From: Bacteroidetes bacterium UBA1947
GTDB lineage: Bacteria; Bacteroidota; Bacteroidia; Chitinophagales; Chitinophagaceae
Length of the DNA stretch: 64,000 bases
Direction of reading: 5' to 3'
Assembly (NCBI GenBank): GCA_002336915.1
Contig: DDET01000041.1
Location: 9,537-73,536 of the forward strand
Position numbers and translations under genes: made by a program. Under the pieces are notes generated by a model. The model was not told the DNA's origin. It searched no databases and was given only the letters and a program-made list of their open reading frames with translations. This document shows, in pieces, positions 35,093-45,783 of the stretch; position 1 is the stretch's first letter, and every line of letters starts with the position of its first letter.

Positions 35093-37549
35093 TTAGCCTG
35101 CACTGCTGGCTGCGCGCCTCTTTTCTTCTTCAGCGCCGCCTGTCTTTTTCCGTACTTGCCCCACACCCTTGTTACCGAACCTGTATACAAAAGAAATAGT
35201 AGCTATACGCGTGTCACGCTTTACAACGAAGGTCTCATTGTATTTTGCAAATGCGGTAACACCTACCGGGTTTACTTTCCAAAACACATCTGTTATCGCA
35301 AGCTTAGCTGTAGCTTTCTTGTTAAACAAGTTCTTTTGCAGTCCTGCATTTAGTGACCAAAGCGGCTTTAAGGTCATATAGCCGTACAGCATATCAGATT
35401 GGTAGAACATGCTTAGCTCCGCCGAAAAATCTTTTGGCATCAGGAAACTATTCGTAGTGTTGAAATAATAGGCAGGGCGGCCACTATGCAGCGGTGTGCC
35501 CGCTACATCACCATCGTAGTAGTTATAATAATAGCTACCACTGGTCACATTGCTCCACCATTTGAATATCTGGAAGGGGTAGGCAATATTGAAGCTAACA
35601 GAAGTTTGCCTGTGTATGTTTTTATTTGTTTGAATGCTTTCGTTCTTCCGGGTTTCACTGGGTTGTATCACTTCAGTTATAGCATCATCGGTGATGCTGT
35701 AGTTTATTGATGTAACAAACCGCTGTTTATATGTATGCGATAGCTCTATGGAATAGGTAAGGCTGGGCAACAGGTCGGGATTGCCCACTTTATAATTGCT
35801 GGGGTCAAGGAAAAATTTAAAGGGGTTCAATTGCTCATAATTTGGCCTGTCTATGCGGCGGCTTAGTGTCAGGCCAAGGTCATGGACCTGGCTAATATGC
35901 AATTGGGTAGCCAGGCTAGGGAACAACTGTATGTAATTACGATCGAACACACTTGTGGGCGCAGTCTTTTGCTCGCCCTTCGCGATCGTTTGTTCTGCCC
36001 GCAGGCCCAGCTGGTAGCTCCACTTGGTTCTGTCCTGCGCCAGGTTTACATAGGCAGCGTTAATATCCTCGTTATAGATGAAATGATTGCTCTTAGTTGG
36101 GTCATATACATAGGCCGAATCAGCATAGCTCCAAACCTCGTATTGGGAATTGTCCTCCGCAGTTACATAGCTCGCCTTTATTCCCGCATCAAAACGCATA
36201 TTGTTTTTCATTGGGTGGGTGAAATCGGTTTTGAACGAGCGAATTATTGTTGCCCCTTCAGGACTACCCAGCAGATCATAATTAGGCTGCGTCGGCTTAT
36301 CCGAAGTATCGAAGAATGCGTTGACAAAATGCTGGTTGGTATTGTACCCGTAACTGGCATAGTCTGCATCGGCGGTAAGCTCCGTACCTGCGGTATCATA
36401 TTCATGCCTGAAGTTCAGGTTAACAGAGTAGTCATTCAACTTTGTTTTTGAATCGTTGACAGTTATGAATTCTGACTGTTTGATCCCTGTTTCATCATAT
36501 ACATCCGAGAAGCTGGTGCCGCTTGGCTCATAGCGTGTACGGGTCCCGGTAGCTGCAAAACCTATGGTAGTTTTAGAAGAGATATTGTAATCCACACCTG
36601 CTGCAATATAGTGGTAGCGCATGGGCAGCAACAAATTATTTTGCTGCTTGTATTCTGTATCTACTTTACCACCCTCAGTTTCATAAAATTTCCTATCCAG
36701 CACGAGGCCGTTAAAGCCCTTGCGCGTCAGAAAACTATAACTGGCATAGGCGCTTATTTTTTTGCTCTTGTAGTTAAGGCTCATAGCATCATTGGTCCTC
36801 GAGTACACGCCCTGCCCGAAACTACCTGTTACAGAACCATTCAGCCCCATTCTTTTGTCTCTTTTCGTCTTGATGTTGATGATGCCTCCCGTACCGGCAG
36901 CATCATATTTGGCGCCGGGGTTCGATATAAGCTCAATTTTATCAACAGTGTTCGAAGGCATGTTTTTCAGCAGGTTAGCAAGGTTATCACCTGCCACAGG
37001 CACCGGTTTTCCGTCTATCATAATGGTCACGCCCTGCTTTCCCTTTAGGCTTATATTGTCGTTCTGATCTACTATTACACCGGGCGAGCGTTGCAGCACT
37101 TCCATAACTGTTGCGCCCGTACTCACGATACTATTCTCCACATTCACCACTATCTTGTCTGCCTTCACTTCTATGAATGGTTTCTGGCTGCGTATGGTTA
37201 CCTCGTCCAGGGCACCGGCCTTTTTTGATAGTTTTATTCCAGGCATCTTAAGCTCCGAGGCTTCGATGGTCAAAGTATCCGATGTATACGGCTCAAAACC
37301 CACAAGGGTGGCCTTCAGTATGTATCTTCCTGCATTTACCGGTTCAATGTTGTATGCGCCCTTTGCATCGGTTAGCGAGGCTTTTTCCAGCACATTACCC
37401 GGGGCCTTCAGTAAAACGATATTTACAGATTCAATTCCCTTACCCTGCTCATCAACAATAGTCCCGGATATCCCTCCGCTGTGGTCTTTCGCGTAAATTG
37501 TGTGTTGTAACAGCAGCAGCACGGCCAGGCTAAAAATTACATTCTTCAT
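35093..37549 (-). CDS. TonB-dependent receptor-like outer-membrane protein (CarboxypepD_reg + Plug + beta-barrel)
   Basis: Signal peptide, then a GTIVDEQGKGIESVNIVL carboxypeptidase-regulatory-like domain, the plug (MEVLQRSPGV...ISLKGK), and a long barrel with a C-terminal aromatic-rich strand followed by a basic tail. Confidence 0.9.
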   Translation of the reverse strand: MKNVIFSLAVLLLLQHTIYAKDHSGGISGTIVDEQGKGIESVNIVLLKAPGNVLEKASLTDAKGAYNIEPVNAGRYILKATLVGFEPYTSDTLTIEASELKMPGIKLSKKAGALDEVTIRSQKPFIEVKADKIVVNVENSIVSTGATVMEVLQRSPGVIVDQNDNISLKGKQGVTIMIDGKPVPVAGDNLANLLKNMPSNTVDKIELISNPGAKYDAAGTGGIINIKTKRDKRMGLNGSVTGSFGQGVYSRTNDAMSLNYKSKKISAYASYSFLTRKGFNGLVLDRKFYETEGGKVDTEYKQQNNLLLPMRYHYIAAGVDYNISSKTTIGFAATGTRTRYEPSGTSFSDVYDETGIKQSEFITVNDSKTKLNDYSVNLNFRHEYDTAGTELTADADYASYGYNTNQHFVNAFFDTSDKPTQPNYDLLGSPEGATIIRSFKTDFTHPMKNNMRFDAGIKASYVTAEDNSQYEVWSYADSAYVYDPTKSNHFIYNEDINAAYVNLAQDRTKWSYQLGLRAEQTIAKGEQKTAPTSVFDRNYIQLFPSLATQLHISQVHDLGLTLSRRIDRPNYEQLNPFKFFLDPSNYKVGNPDLLPSLTYSIELSHTYKQRFVTSINYSITDDAITEVIQPSETRKNESIQTNKNIHRQTSVSFNIAYPFQIFKWWSNVTSGSYYYNYYDGDVAGTPLHSGRPAYYFNTTNSFLMPKDFSAELSMFYQSDMLYGYMTLKPLWSLNAGLQKNLFNKKATAKLAITDVFWKVNPVGVTAFAKYNETFVVKRDTRIATISFVYRFGNKGVGQVRKKTGGAEEEKRRAASSAG

Positions 37550-37675
37550 ATCGGCAAGTTTGACTTAACAAATGTATCTTAGGCTACCAAGGCTACCTTC
37601 ACCCAACGTAGGGGGATTTATTGCAGGTGCATCGACATACCAATAAGCATTCGTATTTTTAGGATAGAAACCAAT

Positions 37676-40600
37676 ATGAGATCGGCAAAACAAAATAGAG
37701 CATTTCCCGGTAGTCGTACACTGTACGTACTTGCGCTGTGTTTTTCCTTCTCTGCTGTTTTTGCACAACGCTACCCTTTTTACAACCTCAGTGTGGAAAG
37801 CGGCCTCATACAATCGCAGGCGCAGGCCATCAAACAGGACAAGTATGGTCACTTATGGATCGGTACCTTGGGCGGATTATCGCGTTTTGACGGCAAGAAC
37901 TTTGTTAACTATACCTTGCGAGACGGCATGGCAGATAACAGTGTTAATGCCCTCGACATCGATCAGCAAGGCAATATATGGGTGGGCACTTCAAAAGGCA
38001 TTTCAAAATTCGACGGAAAAACCTTTAAACATTCTTCATTCCAGGCAGCCGAGAATAATCCCCTGGCCAATAATGTGCAGGATATACAAATAGGCAGTAA
38101 TGGTACTATCTGGTGCAATGTAGGCGGCAATGGCAAAAACAAAATATACGGTATCACAAACGGCAAGAATGTCCAACTGAAAGTACCCGGCCAGGACACT
38201 GCCATATTATCTGTATTGCCCGACGACAAAGGCTTATGGCTTGCCAAAATAAATGGCGAGTTGCTGCATTACCATGCAGGTGCCTGGGACACCATATCAC
38301 TTCCTGTATCCGCGCTCATCAATAAGGTCCCCATACTTACAAAGATTTATAAAGGCCGGAATGATACACTGTGGTTGCTCACCAATGCAGGTTTGTACCG
38401 GCTTGAAAATGGGAAAGCCGTACTACACAGCATTAAAGGGCAGCCGCTTGATAAACTGCCTGTACTGCGCTGCATGACCGAGGACAAAAACGGTGCCTAC
38501 TGGCTGGGCACCAATACCGGCGTAATAAAGCTAACAGGCAATTCAATAGAATATTACAATAAGCACAATGGTCTTAGCGACAATATATTTCGCGATGTAC
38601 TAACCGATGCCGAAGGCAACGTATGGATGGCCAGCGATGGGCAAGGCCTGTACCGCTTCTCCGGCTCGCCCTTTACTATTCTTGATGAAACCCTGGGCTT
38701 GCCAAGTGCACAAATAATGAGCATCGCCGCCGACAGGAGCGGAAAATTGTACTTTGGCACTTATGATGCCGGCCTTTACTCATTTGAGAATGGCATCGTG
38801 GGCAAAGTGCCTTTCCCCGGCAAACCCGGCATAGCTATCACAGCCCTGCGTTACAAAGATAACAAGCTGTGGATAGGCACAAGGAACGGTTTGTGGACTT
38901 ACGATAACACTTTTCATTTTTACACCTTCCCTACCGACCAGCTTTTTTCTGTCTCGGCCTTGTACAGTGACACAAGTCGCAAACTATGGATAGGTTTTGG
39001 CAACGGCTTCGCAGTCTATGAACACGATAGTTTCCATACAGTTCCGCTACAAGGCGCCGTAATTGGCGACTTCATAACAATAGGCGCCGATAGCACACTT
39101 GTGGCAACTACCAGCAGCACCTACAACGGTATAAAGCTGTATCATGACGGGGTTCTTACACCATACAAAACCAATGGCGCCCCCGATAGTGCACAGGTAC
39201 AATGCTTTACAAAACGTGGCAATGAATTGTGGATAGGCACCAGCGACAATGGGCTCATATGCTATAATATGAGCACCAAAAAATATTTTGTGCTCAATAA
39301 AAGCAATGGCTTAAGGTCGGATTTCATCTACAACATTATCACAGATAACGATGGTAATATCTGGACAGGCACAGGTTATGGCATACACAAAGTGACTATT
39401 GGAAGTGATGGGAAACCAATGGTGACTTTTTACGGAAAGGAAGAAGGCATGAAGGGAATGGAAAGCAACCACAATGCCATTTACAAAATGCGCGATGGCA
39501 GCATTTGGTTTGGCACAACCAATGGTGCAATGCATTACCAGCCCAGCATTAAAACTACACAGTCAAAACCGGTGAGCATTGTTCTGCAATCTGTAAAAGT
39601 CTTCGGCGAGAACATAAGCGACACTGCCTGGTATGATAGTACCAATGCCTGGTACAAGGTACCCTACGGCCTGCACCTTCCTTACAAAAAGAATAATATC
39701 ACTTTTGCTTACCAGGCCATATCCCTTGGCAGCGATGAGCAATTACTCTATCGCTATCGCATGGAGGGCCTCGAAGCTCCCTGGTCCGACTGGTCAGAAA
39801 GTAATTCCGTCACCTACTCTGCCCTGCCTCCCGGCCTTTACACGCTCAAGGTGCAGTGTAAAACAATGAGCACCAATGCGGACGCAAGTGAACTCGACTA
39901 TTCATTTGAAATAATAACACCTTTCCAGAAAACCAAATGGTTCAACCTGATCATACTGGGCAGTTGTATCTTGTTGGGGGTATCCATGCAGTATATCGCC
40001 AACACAAGAAAGCAGAACAGGATAAAACTACTGGATAAGCTGCGCCGCGAAGAGCAAGGTAAAGTGAGGCAACGCACTGCCGAGGATTTCCATGACGAGG
40101 TGGGCAATAAGCTCACACGCATCAATGTGCTTGCCAATGTGCTTAAAAACAAGATACAACTTACCCCCGATACCAAAAGGATACTGGACCAGATACAGGA
40201 TAACACCGGCCAGCTTTACAGTGGTACAAAAGATATTCTTTGGTCATTGAAACCGTCCAACGACAATCTGTACCAGATACTGCTCCGCATAAACGATTTT
40301 GGCGCTGAGCTCTTCCAGGACACCGAGGTAGATTTCAATTTCATAGGCACCGATGAAAAATGGAAAGAGCATTCCCTGCCTATGGACTTCAGTCGCAACC
40401 TGATCATGATCTTCAAAGAGGCATTGAATAACAGCCTTAAGTACTCAAAGGCTACCGAGGTAAAACTGGAGGTAAGCTTACAAAACCATGATATCCTGCA
40501 CCTTTTGCTTACCGACAACGGTCAGGGCTTTGATATTGATCATGCTAAAAAGGGGCATGGCATCGACAATATGAACGTGCGGGCTAAACGCATCAATGGA

Positions 40601-40702
40601 AGGCTGTATATCGAGTCGCACCCGGGCAAAGGCACCACCATAAGCCTGGGCTTCAAAATACCGCCCAAAAGTGCTTATGGCCTCGGTTCAACAAATATTT
40701 AA
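37676..40702 (+). CDS. Sensor histidine kinase with a periplasmic two-component-regulator propeller, a Y_Y_Y domain, one TM helix and HisKA_3-like/HATPase_c domains
   Basis: Many repeats of the GLSxNxVxxIxxDxxGxIWIGT type, then YRYRMEGLEAPWSDW (Y_Y_Y), a TM helix, FHDEVGNKL (H-box) and DNGQGF. Confidence 0.9.
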   Translation: MRSAKQNRAFPGSRTLYVLALCFSFSAVFAQRYPFYNLSVESGLIQSQAQAIKQDKYGHLWIGTLGGLSRFDGKNFVNYTLRDGMADNSVNALDIDQQGNIWVGTSKGISKFDGKTFKHSSFQAAENNPLANNVQDIQIGSNGTIWCNVGGNGKNKIYGITNGKNVQLKVPGQDTAILSVLPDDKGLWLAKINGELLHYHAGAWDTISLPVSALINKVPILTKIYKGRNDTLWLLTNAGLYRLENGKAVLHSIKGQPLDKLPVLRCMTEDKNGAYWLGTNTGVIKLTGNSIEYYNKHNGLSDNIFRDVLTDAEGNVWMASDGQGLYRFSGSPFTILDETLGLPSAQIMSIAADRSGKLYFGTYDAGLYSFENGIVGKVPFPGKPGIAITALRYKDNKLWIGTRNGLWTYDNTFHFYTFPTDQLFSVSALYSDTSRKLWIGFGNGFAVYEHDSFHTVPLQGAVIGDFITIGADSTLVATTSSTYNGIKLYHDGVLTPYKTNGAPDSAQVQCFTKRGNELWIGTSDNGLICYNMSTKKYFVLNKSNGLRSDFIYNIITDNDGNIWTGTGYGIHKVTIGSDGKPMVTFYGKEEGMKGMESNHNAIYKMRDGSIWFGTTNGAMHYQPSIKTTQSKPVSIVLQSVKVFGENISDTAWYDSTNAWYKVPYGLHLPYKKNNITFAYQAISLGSDEQLLYRYRMEGLEAPWSDWSESNSVTYSALPPGLYTLKVQCKTMSTNADASELDYSFEIITPFQKTKWFNLIILGSCILLGVSMQYIANTRKQNRIKLLDKLRREEQGKVRQRTAEDFHDEVGNKLTRINVLANVLKNKIQLTPDTKRILDQIQDNTGQLYSGTKDILWSLKPSNDNLYQILLRINDFGAELFQDTEVDFNFIGTDEKWKEHSLPMDFSRNLIMIFKEALNNSLKYSKATEVKLEVSLQNHDILHLLLTDNGQGFDIDHAKKGHGIDNMNVRAKRINGRLYIESHPGKGTTISLGFKIPPKSAYGLGSTNI

Positions 40703-40772
40703 CAAAAAATAACTTCATTAGGGTGAGATAAATTTGCCCTATATAGCGGAACTTTACATAAACGCATTTGCT

Positions 40773-41405
40773 ATGAGCAGGGATCTTGATATACGCGTAG
40801 GCATTATAGAAGACGATGAGACCATCCGCGAAGGTTATGCATACCTCATCGGGCAGACCGACGGTTATAAAGTGGTAGGGACCTACCCTTCTTTCGAGGA
40901 GGCTGCCAAAAAGCTGGTTCATGATGACCCCGATGTCATATTGCTGGACGTAGAGCTTCCCGGCATATCCGGCATAGATGCGATGCCTAAGATCAAGAAA
41001 TTACTCCCTGAAACACATATTCTTATACTTACCGTTTACGAGCAGGAATTGCTCATATTCCGCGCATTGGGCAATGGGGCTGCAGGTTACCTCACCAAAA
41101 ACACCCCACCCGAAAAAATAATAAGTGCCATACATGAGGTGATGGAAGGTGGTGGCCCGATGAGCGCTCATATCGCTCGCATGGTCATTGGATCATTCCA
41201 GCGCAACGAGCAATCGCCGCTTACACGTCGCGAGACCGAGATACTGGAACAAATAGCAACTGCCAAAAGCCGCAAGCGCATAGCACAGGAGTTATTCATA
41301 GACCTTGAAACTGTGAAATCACACATCAAGAATATCTACCACAAACTTAACGTGCATTCAAAGGCTGATGCTATCAAAACAGCCAAAGACAATAAATTCA
41401 TCTAG
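40773..41405 (+). CDS. Response regulator, NarL/LuxR family
   Basis: IIEDDETIREG...VILLDVELPGISG receiver and LTRRETEILEQIATAKSRKRIAQELFIDLETVKSHIKNIYHKL HTH. The start was set at MSRDLD. Confidence 0.9.
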   Translation: MSRDLDIRVGIIEDDETIREGYAYLIGQTDGYKVVGTYPSFEEAAKKLVHDDPDVILLDVELPGISGIDAMPKIKKLLPETHILILTVYEQELLIFRALGNGAAGYLTKNTPPEKIISAIHEVMEGGGPMSAHIARMVIGSFQRNEQSPLTRRETEILEQIATAKSRKRIAQELFIDLETVKSHIKNIYHKLNVHSKADAIKTAKDNKFI

Positions 41406-42381
41406 ACAAGAAATCCAGCACATCCTTGTAAAACCGCTGTGGGATCTGCAGGTGAGGGATATGCCCCACACCCTTGTATTCAATTAGTCTGCAGTCTGGT
41501 ATCCGTGCCGCGACCTTTTTTCCCAGTTCTTTATAATGGCCTAACTTATCTGTCACCCCCTTCGGTGCACCCCTTGCTATTTTTGTATGATCTTCCCTGC
41601 CCACTATCAGCAATACAGGCACTTCTATATGTTTAAGTTCATAGATCACGGGCTGTGTAAAGATCATGTCATAGGTTAATGCACTCACCATTGCATATTG
41701 CTGAGCACCCTTGCCCATTAATGGGCCGTACTGTATATCTGCCCATTTCCGGTACGCTTCTTTCCATTCCGGGTAATAGTCTTTCTGGTAATTTACCACT
41801 TTATCGTAGCTCGCATTTCGTTCCTCTTTGTACCATTCATCGATTTTTCTATACGGCACTCCTTTGCTCCGCCAGTCTTCCAGGCCAATAGGGTCTTCGA
41901 GCAGCAGCTTATCTACCCGCCCGGGATAGCTAAGCGTGAACCTTGCCCCCAACATCCCGCCTGTGGAATGAGCGATGATCGACACTTTATCAATGCTAAG
42001 CGTATCCAGTAATTGCCTGGTAAGTAAGGCCAGCAAGGAGAAACTATATTGCAGGGTCGGCTTTGAAGATTTTCCAAATCCCAGCGCATCAGGTGCTATC
42101 ACCCGGTAGCCATCTTTTACCAGCACATTTATCACGCCTTCCCAATATGCAGCAGGGAAATTTTTACCGTGCATTAATACCACGGTTTGTCCGTTGCCTT
42201 GGTTTGGCTTTACATCCATATATGCTATTTCCACTGCCTGGCCCTGTACGGTAGTTTTCATATACGCAACCGGGTATGGATATTTGTATCCCTCCAGCCT
42301 TAAGCCCAGTTCCCTTGGCTGTGCTTGCCCAACCACGGCTGCCAGCACGAGGGTCAAAAAAGTAATTAGTGTGATTTTCAT
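41398..42381 (-). CDS. Alpha/beta hydrolase (secreted)
   Basis: Signal peptide, VVLMHGKNF, nucleophile elbow AHSTGG, and a C-terminal GHIPH. Confidence 0.85.
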   Translation of the reverse strand: MKITLITFLTLVLAAVVGQAQPRELGLRLEGYKYPYPVAYMKTTVQGQAVEIAYMDVKPNQGNGQTVVLMHGKNFPAAYWEGVINVLVKDGYRVIAPDALGFGKSSKPTLQYSFSLLALLTRQLLDTLSIDKVSIIAHSTGGMLGARFTLSYPGRVDKLLLEDPIGLEDWRSKGVPYRKIDEWYKEERNASYDKVVNYQKDYYPEWKEAYRKWADIQYGPLMGKGAQQYAMVSALTYDMIFTQPVIYELKHIEVPVLLIVGREDHTKIARGAPKGVTDKLGHYKELGKKVAARIPDCRLIEYKGVGHIPHLQIPQRFYKDVLDFLSR

Positions 42382-42437
42382 ATCCGGCGATCCAAAAAAA
42401 TCAAGCCGCCATAGATAAGATTAATAGCCTGCCGGGC

Positions 42438-43814
42438 ATGCTTTTACTATTTTGTGTGGGTAAACTACTTTTTTTGAGCACTCCCGCAACAGATCTTAAA
42501 CTGGAAAGAGGCCTTTCCCTAACGCAGGCTACTGCTATCAATATGATTGATATGGTAGGCATAGGCCCTTTTGTTACCATTCCGCTCATCGTAGGCTTTA
42601 TGAAAGGCCCGCTTTGCATACTGGCATGGCTGCTAGGTGCCTTGCTCGCTTATATGGATGGCATGGTCTGGGCCGAAATGGGTGCCAAATGGCCTGAAGC
42701 CGGCGGCAGCTATGTATTCCTTCAAAAGCTCTTTGGCAAAAAGGGCAGGCTCATGGCCTTTCTATTCACCTGGCAAACCAGTATCCAGGCTCCATTGGTA
42801 ATAGCCAGCGGTGCCATCGGCTTTGCTCAATACCTCACCTTTTTAATACCACTTGGCAACATACAGAAAAAAATGGTAAGCGGTGGCCTTGTTATGCTCC
42901 TGGTCGCATTGCTATACCGAAATATCAAAAGCGTTGGCAGGATATCCGTTGTATTCGGCGTATTGACAGGCGGCACTATACTGTGGCTCATTCTTTCCGG
43001 CATTCCCCACTTTAATGCAGCGCAGGCCTTCGATTTTCACAGCAGCGGCTGGGATTTTAGTACCCTCTTTTACGTGGCCTTGGGACAGGCTTCTTTAAAG
43101 GCGGTATATTCTTACCTGGGCTATTACAATGTCTGTCATCTTGGAGCCGAGATTAAACACCCCGCCCGCAATATCCCACGCAGCATTTTCATTTCTATTA
43201 CTATTATTGCAGTACTATACCTTGGCATGCAGTCTGTTATCGTTGGCGTGTTGCCCTGGCAGGAGGTAGCCGCTTCCGAGTTTATAGTGAGCACTTATTT
43301 CCAGCATATATATGGGCATCTCGCAGGGCAGGTAGCCACGGTTCTAATTCTCTGCATTGCTATTGCTTCCCTTTTCTCGGTAATACTGGGTTATTCGCGG
43401 GTACCCTATGCAGCTGCTCAGAACGGTGATTTCTTTCCCGCATTTGGCAGGCTGCATCCTAAGTACAAATTTCCGCATGTCTCCCTGCTGGCCCTCGGCG
43501 GTGTCGCTTTTGTCTTCAGTTTGCTCTTCAAGCTCAAAGACGTTATAACTGCCATAATCGTTATGCGCATACTCATACAGTTTGTTTCGCAGGCTGTGGG
43601 CGTTATTGCCTGGCACTATACTCGCAAGGACGATGTGCGGCCTTTCCGTATGCCATTATTCCCTATACCGGCCATTATCTCTATAATTATCTGGCTTTTC
43701 ATTCTTTTCACAAGCAAACTTCCTTTTATATTAGGGGCCTTTGGTATTATCGCTTCCGGCATACTATTGTTCTTTGTAAAAGAGGCACTTTACCCACGTC
43801 GGGAAATACCTTAG
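42438..43814 (+). CDS. APC-family amino acid permease
   Basis: About 12 TM segments, with an N-terminal LSLTQATAINMIDMVGIGPF motif typical of APC transporters. Confidence 0.87.
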   Translation: MLLLFCVGKLLFLSTPATDLKLERGLSLTQATAINMIDMVGIGPFVTIPLIVGFMKGPLCILAWLLGALLAYMDGMVWAEMGAKWPEAGGSYVFLQKLFGKKGRLMAFLFTWQTSIQAPLVIASGAIGFAQYLTFLIPLGNIQKKMVSGGLVMLLVALLYRNIKSVGRISVVFGVLTGGTILWLILSGIPHFNAAQAFDFHSSGWDFSTLFYVALGQASLKAVYSYLGYYNVCHLGAEIKHPARNIPRSIFISITIIAVLYLGMQSVIVGVLPWQEVAASEFIVSTYFQHIYGHLAGQVATVLILCIAIASLFSVILGYSRVPYAAAQNGDFFPAFGRLHPKYKFPHVSLLALGGVAFVFSLLFKLKDVITAIIVMRILIQFVSQAVGVIAWHYTRKDDVRPFRMPLFPIPAIISIIIWLFILFTSKLPFILGAFGIIASGILLFFVKEALYPRREIP

Positions 43815-43990
43815 CCGGCTTATTTCCATATCTTGTTTTTTTGTAGTAAAATTGCATAGGGGAATCTCTTGCTGTTTATTGTTTTGTGCCGGCTTTATTT
43901 TCATAAATGCTTAAAGCCATCATGTTTTAAGATTTCCCCTACCGGGGCTAAGACCATTATTTTGGAAATGCTAATAACTTTTTATCATAC

Positions 43991-44323
43991 ATGCGCACGG
44001 TTCTACTAGTACTTGCAGCCGGTTTATCAGTAGCCCTTTACAGGATGCTTAGCCGTGGTGGCAAAACTTTCACCTACGGGCGCACACAAACTATCTCTTT
44101 CCTTACAGACGGCTCCGAGCATGTCATCCAGGGGTCCGAAACAGGTTCCATAATTATCACCAGCAAAACTGTACTTATAGACGGCCTCGTTTATGTTCAT
44201 AAACCTTCCGACAATGAGCAATTGCAGGCTATACTGGATTATGATGAAACAGGACTACGCAGCATTCGTGTTATGCTCAATAACGGCGAGAAGCAATACT
44301 TCGTAGACAAGAACGGCAAATAA
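43991..44323 (+). CDS. Hypothetical small membrane-anchored protein
   Basis: A 110-aa ORF with one N-terminal hydrophobic helix. I recognise no family. Confidence 0.45.
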   Translation: MRTVLLVLAAGLSVALYRMLSRGGKTFTYGRTQTISFLTDGSEHVIQGSETGSIIITSKTVLIDGLVYVHKPSDNEQLQAILDYDETGLRSIRVMLNNGEKQYFVDKNGK

Positions 44324-44334
44324 CAGGTACACGT

Positions 44335-45681
44335 TTATTGCACCTCTACTTTTTCATGCCATACTGCATTTGCTACCATAACGCTTAGTATATAAATTCC
44401 GTTTGGCAGGTCGCTCTCTATTTGTACGACACCTTTATCAGCAACTGTAATTTCTTTCACGGTCATTCCCCCCATGCTACTTATAACCACACTTACCTCG
44501 CCTCCTTTATACTCAGGCACTATCAAAGTGAAACATCCCCTGCTCGGGTTCGGGTAGATACCTATACCTGCTTTTCTTATTATTTCTCTTACCCCACTCG
44601 GGTTGGTTATACGCCTTATTCTGTGGTTTTCATAATCAGCTATACATAAGTTGTTATTAATATCTACTGCAACTCCATAAGGAAAGTGCAACTCAGCCGC
44701 AATTGCAGCTCCTCCATCCCCGGAGTAGCCGGCGGTACCGTCACCGGCCACAGTTGTAATAATGCCTGCAGTATTTATCATCCGCACCCGGTTATTCCAG
44801 CCGTCCCCAATATATATCCGGTCCATATTGTCTGTCGCCACAGATATTGGTTCATCTAATTGTGCTGCAATTGCGGGGCCGTTATCACCACTATAGCCAC
44901 TGGCTCCCGTACCGGCGATGGTGCTAATGGTGCCTGCGTTATCTATCTTCCTTATGCGTTCATTGTCGACATCTGCTATTAGGATATTACCATGGCTGTC
45001 AAAGCAAATATTCGCCGGGTTATTCAGTTGTGCAGCTGTCGCCCATCCACCATCACCACTGTAGCCCGCTGTGCCCGTACCCGCAATGGTTGTAATGATT
45101 CCCGCACTATTTATTTTGCGGATCCTGTGATTCGCCTGGTCCGTTATGTATACATTACCATCTGCATCTACGGCCACACCCCGTGGCGCATTTAACTCTG
45201 CCAGGTTTGCAAGGCCGCCATCTCCGCTATATGCCGCATTGCCCATGCCTGCTATGGTACTGATGATTCCCGAACTGTTTACTTTTCGTACGCGGTTGTT
45301 GTTCTTATCAACTATGTACACATTGCCTGCCAGGTCGGCAGCAACTCCTATCGGGTCATTAAGGTCCGCACTCGTAGCCTGTATATTATCGCCGTTATAC
45401 CCCGCATTACCTGTACCAGCTATGGTGCTTATGATGCCGCTCGAACTGATCATGCGGATCCGTCCGTTTCCCCTGTCGGCTATATAGATATTGCCGGCAT
45501 TATCAGTGCAAAGGTTAAAGGGATGGTCCAGCTGTCCCAGAACTGCATTGTTGCCATCACCTGCGAAGCCGGCAGTACTCCCGGCAATTGTGTTTATTGT
45601 TTGCGCCTGCATTTTCATGGATATGCAGCAGCTTATCAAAGCAAAAACGTGGACATACTTTCTCATAAACAGTTTTGTCAA
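44335..45681 (-). CDS. NHL-repeat beta-propeller protein with a T9SS type-A C-terminal sorting domain
   Basis: Six or more repeats of the type G.AG.GY.GDGG.A..A.L..P.GVA.D..GN.YI.D..N.RIRKI, plus the C-terminal IYPNPSRG...LPNGIYIL...V. Confidence 0.87.
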   Translation of the reverse strand: MTKLFMRKYVHVFALISCCISMKMQAQTINTIAGSTAGFAGDGNNAVLGQLDHPFNLCTDNAGNIYIADRGNGRIRMISSSGIISTIAGTGNAGYNGDNIQATSADLNDPIGVAADLAGNVYIVDKNNNRVRKVNSSGIISTIAGMGNAAYSGDGGLANLAELNAPRGVAVDADGNVYITDQANHRIRKINSAGIITTIAGTGTAGYSGDGGWATAAQLNNPANICFDSHGNILIADVDNERIRKIDNAGTISTIAGTGASGYSGDNGPAIAAQLDEPISVATDNMDRIYIGDGWNNRVRMINTAGIITTVAGDGTAGYSGDGGAAIAAELHFPYGVAVDINNNLCIADYENHRIRRITNPSGVREIIRKAGIGIYPNPSRGCFTLIVPEYKGGEVSVVISSMGGMTVKEITVADKGVVQIESDLPNGIYILSVMVANAVWHEKVEVQ

Positions 45682-45783
45682 TTACCATAACAAGATATTC
45701 AATTAAAAATTGTGCAACATTCCTGCTAACAAAAAGCAGGGGAAGCTTTTAGCTTCCCCTGCAAATCACATATTAACAGACCT

